A stretch of DNA of 64,000 nucleotides from Macrostomum hystrix (Eukaryota > Animalia > Platyhelminthes): the NCBI GenBank assembly GCA_950097015.1, contig CATNEN010000037.1, positions 3,968,001-4,032,000 of the forward strand, written 5' to 3'. The position numbers were made by a program, and so were the translations under genes. Shown one piece after another: positions 38,878-51,467 of the stretch; position 1 is the stretch's first letter, and each line of letters starts with the position of its first letter. The notes beneath the pieces were generated by a model. It did no database searches. It saw only the letters and a list, made by a program, of their open reading frames with translations, and was not told where the DNA came from.

Positions 38878-40395
38878 CCTGTTAGACAGGGAAGATGCAT
38901 CCTGTTAGACAGGGAAGATGCATCCTGTTAGACAGGGAAGATGCATCCTGTTAGACAGGGGTGATGGATCCTGTTAGACAGGGAAGATGCATCCTGTTAG
39001 ACAGGGATGTTGGATCCTGTTAGACAGGGGTGATGGATCCTGTTAGACAGGGAAGATGGATCCTGTTAGACAGGGATGTTGGATCCTGTTAGACAGGGGT
39101 GATGGATCCTGTTAGACAGGGAAGATGGATCCTGTTAGACAGGGATGTTGGATCCTGTTAGACAGGGGTGATGGATCCTGTTAGACAGGGAAGATGGATC
39201 CTGTTAGACAGGGATGTTGGATCCTGTTAGACAGGGGTGATGGATCCTGTTAGACAGGGAAGATGGATCCTGTTAGACAGGGATGTTGGATCCTGTTAGA
39301 CAGGGATGTTGGATCCTGTTAGACAGGGATGTTGGATCCTGTTAGACAGGGAAGATGCATCCTGTTAGACAGGGAAGATGCATCCTGTTAGACAGGGATG
39401 ATGGATCCTGTTAGACAGGGATGATGCATCCTGTTAGACAGGGAAGATGCATCCTGTCAGACAGGGATGATGCATCCTGTTAGTTGAGGAAGATGCATCC
39501 TGTTAGACAGGGAAGATGCATCCTGTTAGACAGGGATGATGCATCCTGTTAGATGAGGAAGATGCATCCTGTTAGACAGGGATGATGCATCCTGTTAGAC
39601 AGGGGTGATGGATCCTGTTAGACAGGGAAGATGGATCCTGTTAGACAGGGATGTTGGATCCTGTTAGACAGGGGTGATGGATCCTGTTAGACAGGGAAGA
39701 TGGATCCTGTTAGACAGGGATGTTGGATCCTGTTAGACAGGGGTGATGGATCCTGTTAGACAGGGAAGATGGATCCTGTTAGACAGGGATGTTGGATCCT
39801 GTTAGACAGGGATGTTGGATCCTGTTAGACAGGGATGTTGGATCCTGTTAGACAGGGAAGATGCATCCTGTTAGACAGGGAAGATGCATCCTGTTAGACA
39901 GGGATGATGGATCCTGTTAGACAGGGATGATGCATCCTGTTAGACAGGGAAGATGCATCCTGTCAGACAGGGATGATGCATCCTGTTAGTTGAGGAAGAT
40001 GCATCCTGTTAGACAGGGATGATGCATCCTGTTAGACAGGGATGATGCATCCTGTTAGATGAGGAAGATGCATCCTGTTAGACAGGGATGATGCATCCTG
40101 TTAGACAGGGAAGATGGATCCTGTTAGACAGGGATGTTGGATCCTGTTAGACAGGGATGATGCATCCTGTTAGACAGGGATGATGCATCCTGTTAGACAG
40201 GGATGATGGATCCTGTTAGATGAGGAAGATGCATCCTGTTAGACAGGGATGATGCATCCTGTTAGACAGGGATGATGCATCCTGTTAGACAGGGATGATG
40301 CATCCTGTTAGACAGGGATGATGCATCCTGTTAGACAGGGATGATGCATCCTGTTAGACAGGGATGATGGATCGTGTTAGATGAGGAAGATGCAT
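38878..40395. repeat. 23-bp minisatellite (~66 units) with a higher-order duplication
   Basis: Unit cctgttagacagggatgatgcat; rare variants recur 506 bp apart. Confidence 0.95.
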
Positions 40396-40749
40396 GTTGA
40401 AGTTGAATTTAAACATCTAGTCTTGAAGTGTAGCGAAACTTTCAAAGAAAAATCAAAATTGTATCGAGATGGGACAATCGGAGATGGGAAATATCTATCT
40501 GGCTTGCTAAGGTTTTAGATTTCGTCAAGACATTGTATGTTAGAAACAAAACAACGTGCTCAGACTATACTCACTCAGTGTGCACTAGCTGAGTAAGCCT
40601 ACTCAAACTTGCTACTCACACGGCGGTGCAATCATTTTTTAATAGTGCGCGTTCGCAAAACAGAGAGGACAATAAAAGCAAAATAAGATAGAAGAAACTG
40701 CAGAATAGGAAAAAACCAGAGCCTAGTTACCGAGTCATGTCTAACTGAA

Positions 40750-40995
40750 GCCTTCTCCCATCGGTTCCTCAGCCTTCTCCCCTCAGTTCCTCAGCCTTCT
40801 CCCCTCAGTTCCTCAGCCTTCTCCCCTCAGTTCCTCAGCCTTCTCCCCTCAGTTCCTCAGCCTTCTCCCCTCAGTTCCTCAGCCTTCTCCCCTCAGTTCC
40901 TCAGCCTTCTCCCCTCAGTTCCTCAGCCTTCTCCCCTCAGTTCCTCAGCCTTCTCCCCTCAGTGCCTCAGCCTTCTCCCCTCATTTCCTCAGCCA
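40750..40995. repeat. 22-bp pyrimidine-rich minisatellite (~11 units)
   Basis: Unit ttctcccctcagttcctcagcc. Confidence 0.9.
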
Positions 40996-41869
40996 TAGGA
41001 TTCAGCATATTCATAAACAAACAGCGATAATTCTTAACTACAATAAAATAACTTTTAAACAAGCTTCTTAGATGCTGGTGTCTAAAGATTCAAAGAAAAT
41101 CTATAAAATTTTGCTGCAGAAAATATCAATAGGATCAGACACAAAACAAGTCTCTAGAAATGTGTAGATCGTACTTGTCGGTTTAACTGCATTCAAAAAT
41201 TGAACTCCTGCAATCTGAATAAAAAGACAAGTCTTCAGTGTCGAAGCAGCAAACTCGATGTCGAACTGATGCTAAATTGGAAACAAAAAAGAGCGAAAAA
41301 AACTATTTTTTGTAGTTAACAATGGTTAAGAAAAGAATTCATATATCTATCCGCAGCAGCTGATAAAACACAGCTAACATCATTAGTGTTTTAGTCCCCG
41401 CATTTCCAGTTCCCGCTGCCTGTGTGAGCGCCTTCTACAGATTAGTGAGACAGCAACGCAATTGAACATGCAGGAGCCACCTGCTCAGCCAGCCCTCACA
41501 CTCTCACCCCATTCTCAGGCCTCTATCTCTCAGCTTCCCTCTTTCCTTTTTTCTATTTCACCATGGAGGTGGCGATAAGCCGGCTTGTGTCCCATCTGAA
41601 ATTTCGGTGGGGGGTTTGAAATCGCGTCGCATGGCAGCAGAACAGATTAGACACGCTGGGGAAGAGAGCGTAGGCGGTAAATGCTGCATTTTTGTTAGTT
41701 CGCGTGAACTGGAATCTATTTTTCCAGATTTCGCGAGCATCCACTCGTTGCAACAATGAAAAGCAGAGTAGGCTAAGCGTATGAACTGGCTTCTCTCATC
41801 TTCTCTCATAATCCCTCTCTATATTTACGAATGCTATTGTAAGGCTGCGAATTTTTATTTCTCTTTAAT

Positions 41870-42170
41870 TTCGATGCCCTGATGACAGCCACCTTACCCC
41901 TCCTGCTCTTATTGGCTGTTGTAAGAATGTACATTCTTTTCGGTTTCCGCGCTTGATTCCAACCCCTGCTGACAGCCACCCCAATCCTTTTCTCCTTGGC
42001 TCTCATTGGCTGTTGCTTAGATATGAATTAATTCTAATACCGCCATTGATTCCAACCCCTGCTGACAGCCGCCCCACTCCTTTTCCCATTGGATCTCATT
42101 GGCTGTGGCATCGATATGAATTAATTCTAATACCGCCGTTGATTCCAACCCCTGCTGACAGCCACCCCAA
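41870..42170. repeat. ~93-bp tandem repeat (~3 degenerate units)
   Basis: ttgattccaacccctgctgacagcc...gatatgaattaattctaataccgcc repeated. Confidence 0.8.
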
Positions 42171-42275
42171 TTGTTCCGCAGGTGTGTACATATTTTAGCA
42201 TTCCTTGAATCATCTCCAACCTCCTTCTCCTCCACCTCACTCACTCTCTGCTCTTATCGTTTATTAGTAAATTAT

Positions 42276-42641
42276 TGGTTTTCAACTTCTATTTCAAACT
42301 AAGTAACTTCAATTTCTCCCCGCGGGGAGGGGGATGCTCGTGTGTACCCGATTAGTAACTTCAATTTCGTCCGCGAGGCCGGCCTGCCCAAGTTAGGGTA
42401 AATCAATTTCACAAAAAGTAACATCTATTTCGTCTCTTCAGCACAGCGATTTTTTGTTTGCGTCCGCTCTATGAAATACGGACTTTGTCCTTGCCTTTGA
42501 TCTTCGCCGACGCCGCCACCGAAGTAGAAGGCCTCCTTCTAGAAATAGAAGTTACTTTTTGTGAAATTGATTTACCCTAACTTGGGCAGGCCGGCTCGCG
42601 GACGAAATTGAAGTTACTCAGTTTGAAATGGAAGTTAAACC
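42276..42641. mobile_element. Small foldback element / MITE
   Basis: ~77-bp near-perfect inverted arms 42354-42430 and 42543-42619; outer arms ttggttttcaacttctatttcaaact / agtttgaaatggaagttaaaccaa; left arm partly duplicated. Confidence 0.65.
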
Positions 42642-43095
42642 AAAATATGCGGTAAAACTGTTAATATACGCCATAAAATGTGAAACAAAACATGCAAGTC
42701 AGTGACTCCATATGTTCAAAGTGAGGTATTTTATATTCTGCTGATCATAAAAGAAGTCGCTAAATGCAAATTGTGTTTGACTAATAACTCCCTTATCTCC
42801 ATTTTATGATTCTGTAGTTAGCCAACATTTGTGTACACATAATTTAAGAGGAAAGTAGATTTCGCTTGAAAAAATCACCAAAAAGTGTACATTCGCTACT
42901 AAGTGCATTAAAAAGTGTATGTTCTCTTAAATGTACATCTGCAAGAATGTACATTCTTTTGATTGTACATATGCAAGAATGTACGTTCACTTCGAACTAA
43001 ATCACAAACACGAATATACATCGACTTTACTTGTGTGTACACGACTAGAAGAAAAAATGCTCTAGCAGGACTCGCTACCCCCGCCAGAAGTGAAC

Positions 43096-46000
43096 TCACT
43101 GCTTCCTCTTCTCCTTCTCCTTGGCCTCCTTGCCGACACCCGCGGCCTCCTTGGTCGGCGCTGGCGCCGTCAGCACTAGCCGAAGGAAGGCGGGCTCGGG
43201 CCGCTTGCTGGTACCCGGGAATGCCGGCTGGGAGGCGTCGCGCACGCAGATTACGTACTCGCCGGGGCGGGCGTAGCGCTCATCCCCAAGGCGCTTCTGA
43301 CGAAGCCGACTGTCCTCTGTTGAGGGAATGGGGAGGGTTTCAGAGAGAGCTCATTGGCTATGCGCGAATGTACACAGGATAAAGATTAGATTCTAGCTAA
43401 TGAATCCTGCTCCTTGGTAGATTCTTGCTACCAATGCTTTTATGCTAGCTAACGCAGAGATCATTACAATTTTTCAATCGACGTTTTCCTCATTCAAAGC
43501 CACATTCATTTAGGGCCCAGCCGCGGAGAGAAGGTTTGGGGGCTTGTCGTGCAATTTACGCCCTTGAGGACCAACCTCCAAGGCACAGTGAAGTGTACAC
43601 AGCCTGACGATAAGAAAGTCAGGGCAGATGTACACACCTGCCTGCGTACGGGATCTGTGTGCGTGTGTGCTCAGGAGTCAGCGTAATGGACAGAATTGCC
43701 TCCTCGCTGGCTGCTGGCCTAGTGTCATCAAATGATGTGCCGAAGAGCAAATGACGCATAATTGCTCCTGCAATTATAATAATTATTATTATTATTATCC
43801 CCATACCATACTGAGCTGTCTAAACCTGCGACACAAGTATTTTCATGTCATCGCTCAGCGTGCCCGCCCACGCACCGTCCTTATCTCTGCCCTTCTTCTT
43901 CTTGCCGGCTGCCGCGATCGCTGCAGCGGCCGACAAGCCGCCAGTCGTCGAAGCCGCCGCCCCAGTTGCCGACGTGCCCGAAGCGGCAGCAGCCGATGTC
44001 GGAGCAGATAGTGCGCCGTCGCGCTCGTCCAGCGCAGCGTAGGGCCTGTAGAGTGAGTGCGGCCTTGGCAGCACCAGGTCGGCGAAGCTGGCGCGGCCCT
44101 CCAGCGTGGCGCCGACTGACACACCGGGCGGCGGAGGCGGCGGCGAGAAGGCGCGGAAGTTTTCGTCTGCGGAATCAGATCAGAAGAACAAAATTTGTCA
44201 GTTCTGGGTCCCTAATGTGAAATAAACGTGTCTAATGTCTAATGTGACAATTATGTGTCTAATGTGGCAATTATGTATCTAACGTGGCAATCGTGTGTCT
44301 AATTTGACAATGTTGTGTCCAATGTGACAATTAATGTGTCTAATGTGGCAAACATGCCCGAGTGTGACAATCATGTCCATGATGTCCATGTCCATGACAT
44401 CCGTTTTCTTATCTTATCCACAAAAAACTTCGAAAATAGGATACCTACACTTTTTCTTAAAGTTGACCCTAAACACATTGATATCAGATGCGACACAAAA
44501 CATTTAGGCCTACTAAATTGCAGAAGACGAAAAAATCATAACTTATTCACAATAACCTCTATGGACAGATAAGGGTTGATTTATTGTACCCTCTTAACTC
44601 TGAGACTCCTGACGATGGATAGAAATCACGTGCCTACTCTGGGTGGGATTAGCAAGAAGTGATCTTATCGGTTGGGGTAGACAGGCTGCCTTCAGCTCGC
44701 AACAGCTGTTCAGAAACACTTTGCTACACCGAATCACGATACAGACTATTCACAGTCGATTGTATCTTTCCTGAACTAGTAATGATACTCGTATGGGCTC
44801 AGTGCTTAGCAGAATATGCTGTCTCGGATCTCATTTGATTTCCACCTGTTCTCACATTCTGTCTCACCAGATCTCACATTCTGTCTCACCTGTTCTCACA
44901 TTCTGTCTCACCTGTTCTCACATTCTGTCTCACCAGTTCTCACATTCTGTCTCACCTGTTCTCACATTCTGTCTCACCTGTTCTCACATTCTGTCTCACC
45001 TGTTCTCACATTCTGTCTCACCAGTTCTCACATTCTGTCTCACCTGTTCTCACATTCTGTCTCACCTGTTCTCACATTCTGTCTCACCAGATCTCCCAAT
45101 CCGTCTCACCAGTTCTCACATTCTGTCTCACCAGTTCTCACATTCTGTCTCACCAGTTCTCCCAATCCGTCTCACCAGTTCTCACATTATGTCTCACCAT
45201 TCTAGACTTCACTATAAGTGCAACGAATAAGTGGGTGGGTGTGGTAGAGGGATGAGTGGCGGAGTGAGGTGGATGGTGGAGTGGGGTGGGTGTAGGACAA
45301 ATTTGGTGGAGTGAAGTGGGTGCAGGAGAGAGATAGATGGCGGAGTGAGGTGGGTGATGGGTACTGGCCATCTCGTACTATAAATTATACCATGTATTAT
45401 CTTCCTACCTTCGCCAGCTGTAACAATCGCACTAGATTCCAATTCCGCAGCCGACGCAGCCGCAGTCGCCTTGTCGCCAGCCGCAAGCTGTTGCTGAGAA
45501 TCATCAGATTGTGCCGCCGCGGAAGCTGTTGCCGCAGCTGCAGCAGCCGCAGAAGCTGCAGCGGCGGCAGCGGCGGCAGCAGCGGCTTCAGCTTCCAAGA
45601 AGGCTTGGTAGGCGGAAAGCTCAGACAGAGGAAATTCTACCACCTGGTAGCCGCTGCGGAATTTTCAAATTTTTTTAGAAAATTAATTTACTAAAGAACA
45701 TAATTATTATTTTACAACTATTTTCAGAAATGCTTAAGTTTCCATTAAACAAATAATAGTTGATTCAATAGAGGATGTCGAATCATCATTTGATCAGAAT
45801 CAGGATAATCTGCAAATGAAATTCATTACAGGTTTAGGGCGTGGTTTTAGAAAGCTGTTTAGAAGATTCAATTTTGGGCATTTTTCATCGCTGCCAGAGA
45901 TTATTCCAAGATTTTGTTGCCTAATTTAGCTAGCTATGAAAAATTTGCTTCAAAGGCAAGCGTCAATGTAAAATTTGCACTAGGCAGGTGGCCACTGTAC

Positions 46001-48362
46001 ACTGTTCGGCGAGAGAGCAAGGCCACTAAATTTATAAATACCAAAATGTTATCTGCGGCTCTGCTTACAAAGGCGTCTGCACTGTTTCCTCGGCGATGTC
46101 CTCGATTTGGTGGAACAACGAGCCGCCGTTGGCTGGCCGATGATCCTGGAAGCCGGCGAAAACCTGCAGCTGCCGGCCGCTCTCTGAAATGCGATGGGTG
46201 GTCAGTTGTGACGGATTTGGATGTGGTTTTGGAGTGAGGTGGGTGTGGAGTGAGGTTGTTGTGGAGTGAGGTGGATGTGGATTGAGGTGGATGTGGATTG
46301 AGGTGAGTGTGGAGTGAGGTGGGTGTGGAGTGAGGTGGATGTGGAGTGAGGTTGATGTGGAGTGGTGTGGATGCGGAGTGAGGTTGTTGTGGAGTGAGGT
46401 GGATGTGGAGTGAGGTGGATGTGGAGTGAGGTGAATGTGGAGAGAGGTTTGTCTGAAGGGAAGTGGATTTGGAGGGAGTTGGTTTAAATGGAGGTGGGAC
46501 TAGAGGGCGATAGGTGTGTAGGGAGTGGGTTCGGAGTGCAAGGAATGTTTGAAGTTAATGATAAACCAAGTGTGCAATTGAATGTTTGGGAGTTCAGTTT
46601 GTATAATAGCACAATGCGCTGCTTTAAAACTCACCGACATGCATCACCTGACCCTCTTCCGACAGCACTTCCACTTCCAGGCTGAATGGCTCGCCCTGGG
46701 TTAGGTGCAGCGCGCCATGCAAATGATTGCTGATAATGATGCGGCCTGCCCGGTTCACTGGCACGTGACTACTCCAGAGTCCGTCATAGATAATACCAGA
46801 GCAGTGAGCCATGCGGCCGAGGCCGTGGTACATGTCGTTGAAGAACTGGCCCTGCAGTCGGAGGAAATTCGCGGGACTTGTGCGATGGCAGTGGTTGGTA
46901 GGTATGAACAGTCCAGAGAAACAGGTCCTTACCTCAAAGACTGAACCGTCAGCTGCCTCGAGGCATCCCTGACCTTGGCGCTTGTCTCGAATCCAATCAC
47001 CATCGTACTGATCGCCGTTTCTGTAAGCGTTGAAAAAAACTATCTATAAAAAGTCATGCATTTTGGTGGCTACTATGAGTAGGGTGAAACCACACGACGG
47101 TGCAATCCGAAATCAAGGAGAACAAGAAGGTCGCATTAATTTGGGGCACAGCTGCGCAGAGACAGTTAATGGGTTTTGGATTTGAAACTTTTGTCTGGAA
47201 AACTCTGAAGTCTTTAATCTACCTGACAATAAAAGTCAATATAGATGTACATTACTGCGAAAAATATCGCACTATTAAAGTTATTTTTGTTATCCGAACC
47301 CATCCAACTCACCTGTAGAGCATGTGCCCCCTGCCGTGCCGCTTGTGACAATGAAACTCGCCCTCAAAGACCTCACCGCCCGGATAGGTGAGTCGGCCCC
47401 TGCCGTGGTACTGGTTCCTCTGCCAGCCGCCCTCGTATCCGCCGCCTCTGGCGTACTTGATGACGCCGTTGCCATGGAATTCGCCGTTAAGAAACTCACC
47501 GGAGTAGTCGCTGCGCTGCACTGCGCTGTGCTTGACGCCAGAGCCGGTGATCTCGCCCTGGTCGAAGGCGCCTTCGTAGAAACTGCCATCGGACATCACT
47601 AGCTTGCCGTGGCCTATAAATAAAATAGTATATTTCTTATGCTATGAAATTATAGCTTGTGATAGCAGAAATAAGATAAATGAAGTAATTTGTTTGAATC
47701 GATGGAGTTATCGAAGAAAGTAATAATATTTTTGCATATGCATTGTACTTGTATATTTAAACATTTAAAATATTTTTATTTAATTTAATTTAATTTTTTA
47801 AGCGTCACGTCCACATATACGCACTCTGAGAAAGTGAAAAATTGCTTAAATAAATAGAATTTGCTCTTTGAAAAAAATGTATATGAATATCTGTTGCCAA
47901 GTAATTATATTTTTACCATGCTTTTTGCCATCCTTCCAATTGCCTTCATATCTGTAGAATCCATTCTTGAACTTGTAGACTCCAAAACCTGAAACATTGG
48001 GGAAAATCATAGAGCTTTGACTAAATAAGTAAGTTCCTTTGATCCGACACAACAAACCAAGGCCTTGCAAAAAAGTTCAAGTCACAGAAAAGCTCAGATT
48101 CACACTCGTCATTCGTCATACGTAGCTAGTCATTATATAAAGCAGAATTGCATTTTATAAACTCGAAACTAAAGGTGTAGTGAATTTAAAGAATGTGAAA
48201 TTAACCCTATAATACTGTAATTTTTAACAATAGTTCTTGCTATGAAAAGAAGAAGGAATTTACATTATCGTCTTTAAACTAAAGTGTTTATTTTAATTTA
48301 CCATTTTTCTGTTGATTGGCTCTTTCTCCAATGTAGACATCTTTGATGTCACTATCACTCAT
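43096..48362 (-). CDS. MORN1: MORN repeat-containing protein 1
   Basis: Nine exons (minus) 48362-48302, 47988-47917, 47613-47313, 47020-46933, 46851-46635, 46183-46069, 45653-45409, 44166-43876, 43316-43096 = 1611 nt, 536 aa, all GT-AG and phase-consistent. [62 protein letters not shown]...QTPFG and GEYVICVRD match recalled MORN1 motifs. Confidence 0.9.
44840..45200. repeat. 22-bp minisatellite (~16 units) in MORN1 intron 7
   Basis: Unit tctcacattctgtctcacctgt. Confidence 0.95.
46232..46445. repeat. 16-bp minisatellite in MORN1 intron 5
   Basis: Unit ggagtgaggtggatgt; a related degenerate tract lies at ~45235-45360. Confidence 0.9.
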
Positions 48363-49124
48363 GTCTTATTAAAATTTCTCTAGCAATAGTAGAAAAAAGC
48401 CAAGAATGGGAAAAGGCTAAAGACTGTAAATTAGTCTGTTTCAACGGGATTCCTCTTAGCTGCGAACTGTGATACAAAAAGCATGTAAAAAGAATAAAAT
48501 TCGAGAAATGTAAATAGCGCATTTACATTAGTTTTAGATGATCAAATATAAGTAAAGTTATTCTAAATTATAGTTTATAAAAAAAGAAGAAAGAAAAGAA
48601 CATTATGTAATTTATGGCGTAATTATAGGTTTCTAGCTAGAGCATTTGATTTACTCATTTAGCGGAATACATTCAGCTCCGAAAAATTGTAGTTTTTGTA
48701 AACGAAAAAATAAAAAGTCGAAGTGTATTTTCCAGGTTTGTCACGATTCACCATGCTTATAAAAAAATATTTTATTATTGTTTATGCAGTTTATAATAGT
48801 TTATAAAAAAGTGAACCTTCTACTATTGACATCATGTACGTTAACAGAAAGTTAACAGAAACTGCTTAAACAAACTTTTCCTTTTGCCGCGTGATCGTAC
48901 GTGTACGCTAAGACAATATTAAGTAAGTATGAAAATTGCCACATAGCCAACTCGAATCTCATCGTTTAGAACACAATCTTAGACTCTGTAGCAGAGCATC
49001 AGCTGAGCTGGATAAGCGATATAACGGATGAGAGAGATAGTGAAAGAGAGTCAGGGACTACTAATTACTTAGCTGTATTTATAAAGTGATTAAAAAAAGC
49101 ATTTTTTAATAAATATAAATAATT

Positions 49125-49388
49125 GATTACACCTGTCCCAATTCGACCAAATGTGCAGCCGACAGCACAGCCACAGCTGAAGGCTGTTCAGTCCATGGAC
49201 TGGGGGACGCCACACCCACCCTAAATTTCCCCAGCTAAATGCAGCTACCCATTTAACAGCTGGATGAACTGAAGCAATCCAGAGTAAAGTGCCTTGCTAA
49301 AGGACACAAATTTTTCAGTTTAGTCGGGAATCGAACCCCCGACCTTCAAGTCGTGAGTCCGACGCTCTAACCACAAGGCGACAACCTC
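49125..49388 (-). mobile_element. Full-length tRNA-derived CORE-like SINE copy
   Basis: Minus strand tcgccttgtggttagagcgtcggactcacgacttgaaggtcgggggttcgattcc, then gtgtcctttagcaaggcactttactctggattgcttcagttcatccagctgttaaatgggtagc; shares atgtgcagccgacagcacagcc with the 4335 copy. Confidence 0.8.
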
Positions 49389-49699
49389 ATTTTTAGTATT
49401 ATAGTTATTTATATATATAGTAGTATAGTTGCAGTATAGTATTTTGTTGTCCCTGGTGGGAAGATTAAGATAAGTATATTTCATGGAGCTAAATTGTGCA
49501 TTCACAGCTCAGATATCACTTTATTTGGACATATGGATTGTCCTTAACATGAATATTTTTAATGGAGAAATTTATACACTATTACTCAGTCACGTTAGGT
49601 TTATATTTACTTTTGATCCAATTAAAGTCGTTATCCCTGCAACTCATAATGTGAGTAGCTTCTCCCATGAATGCCGTCAATTTTACCAAAGCTTCATTT

Positions 49700-51007
49700 C
49701 TAAAGCAGCAGCGGCTTCAGCATAAACACAGTAAAAACTGCAACAGTGAGCAGACAGCCGATGATTGCCATGAGTCGCTCCAGTGCGATGGCGGCGACTT
49801 TCCAGTCAGATCGGCGCTCTCTGGAAGTTGCGGAACTGTCGCGATTGTCAGAGTCTCCTTCAGGACGCGTCCGTTTGTCTGTCCGCCGAGAGCACAGGAG
49901 GCGGCCCAGGCAGCTCACGAACACGCAGCGAAGACAAGGGAGCATTGGCGACGTCTCGGGTGCAAAGTGAAAGCGAATGATCAGTAGCGTCAGCAGCAGA
50001 GACGTTGTGGACAGTACCATCGCAGCGGTGATGAAAGAGGCCACGGCGGGTATTGACTGCGATTTTGGTAGGATGCCGTCAAGCAGCAGCAGGAACACGG
50101 TGTAGCTCAACATGATGGTGATGCCGAAGCCCAGCTTCTCGCCAGACTCCACGGGTACGAAGAAGCCAAGCACCTGTAGCAGCGTCAGCAGCATCAGGGG
50201 AGTGACCACGTTCAGCATGTAGTAGGTGGAGACTCGCTCGATCTCCAAGCGCATCACGTATGTGGACACTTGCACCCTCGGTAGGTTTTTGAACATCTCG
50301 TAATAATTATTTCGTACGAAGGTTGAGACGTTGAGCAGTCTCCATTCGCTGTTTTCTGAATAAACAGCGCGCTCATTGTACTCCAGTGAAGAGCGGTGCA
50401 ATCTGCTACCCTTGACTAGCAGCACTTTATCGAAGCCGTGGCCTTGGTCGCTGACGAACAGTTCCATGTCGCAAGTATGCCGATCGAACGGAAAGCGACT
50501 CATGTCGAACTCACATGAGAACTCCCATTCGCTTCGCCATGTTGTTGAAACCACGGACTTGTTGGCAGACACAGAGGTGATGTAGGATGGGAACTGTGCG
50601 CCGAGCAGCTGATTTTCGCCCATGCCATTGTAGATATAAACAACAGGAAACCAGAGATCTTGGCTGACCCAGTCCACGTGGAATATTCCGCCAAATTTAG
50701 CCGGCTCCCAGACCAGCCGCTCCTCATCCCAGGTGGCAAAGTGCATGGCTGTCAACTTGACGCTCTGTTTTTCACTGCTCACAGAAGTAATCTGATAGAG
50801 CTGAGAGGAAAGCGCCACAGTTACCGCCTGATTCGGGTCCAAGCTGGGCCACAGATTCGGGCTGAAGTTAGTGATGTTGCTCTTTAGATACTGCAGCAGC
50901 TCGGATCCTACGTCCTGTCCGACAGCTCGAGACCCAGATCCGATTCCAACACTCACAATGAGCATAGTCCATGCACGGAGTTGCATTTTCCAAAGGATTG
51001 TAGACAA
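49700..51007 (-). CDS. Intronless pentameric (Cys-loop) ligand-gated ion channel subunit, nAChR/5-HT3-like, non-alpha
   Basis: 435-aa ORF; signal-like N-terminus, Cys loop CEFDMSRFPFDRHTC (C-x13-C), pre-M1 IERVSTYY, SGEKLGFGITIMLSYTVF (cation-type M2), four TM helices, short M3-M4 loop. Confidence 0.9.
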   Translation of the reverse strand: MSTILWKMQLRAWTMLIVSVGIGSGSRAVGQDVGSELLQYLKSNITNFSPNLWPSLDPNQAVTVALSSQLYQITSVSSEKQSVKLTAMHFATWDEERLVWEPAKFGGIFHVDWVSQDLWFPVVYIYNGMGENQLLGAQFPSYITSVSANKSVVSTTWRSEWEFSCEFDMSRFPFDRHTCDMELFVSDQGHGFDKVLLVKGSRLHRSSLEYNERAVYSENSEWRLLNVSTFVRNNYYEMFKNLPRVQVSTYVMRLEIERVSTYYMLNVVTPLMLLTLLQVLGFFVPVESGEKLGFGITIMLSYTVFLLLLDGILPKSQSIPAVASFITAAMVLSTTSLLLTLLIIRFHFAPETSPMLPCLRCVFVSCLGRLLCSRRTDKRTRPEGDSDNRDSSATSRERRSDWKVAAIALERLMAIIGCLLTVAVFTVFMLKPLLL

Positions 51008-51467
51008 GCACCCAAGTTCAGACCCTGCTTTACGGAACTTAGAAATGAATATAACCGATTGCTGGACGACAAGCGATAACCGATTTCTTTTTATAGCAGG
51101 CTCACATCAGAGTCACAATCATACCCCGTATACAAAATTAATCTTCTAAAGTGCTCCAGTATCGAGCTCATGGAAATGTGTTTGTCAAAGCGGCGCTAAT
51201 GGACCTACGAGTAGCTCATCCATTTTTTGTGAGATACTTTCAGCTGCTTGCATTATTCACATAAAACTTCCCGTAGCGATGATGGACAGTTGGGAGATTT
51301 GGGATGGCGTCATCTCCGCGTCACAATATCCATTTAGTCTAAATAAATACAGAAAGTGCTAAACTAGACACTCACAGGTGTCAGTGCAATGTCAATACTT
51401 CTGTATCAGTATCTAGGAATTCATCGGTAACTTCTAAATATAATGAAGTACATATTCGTTATAGTAC

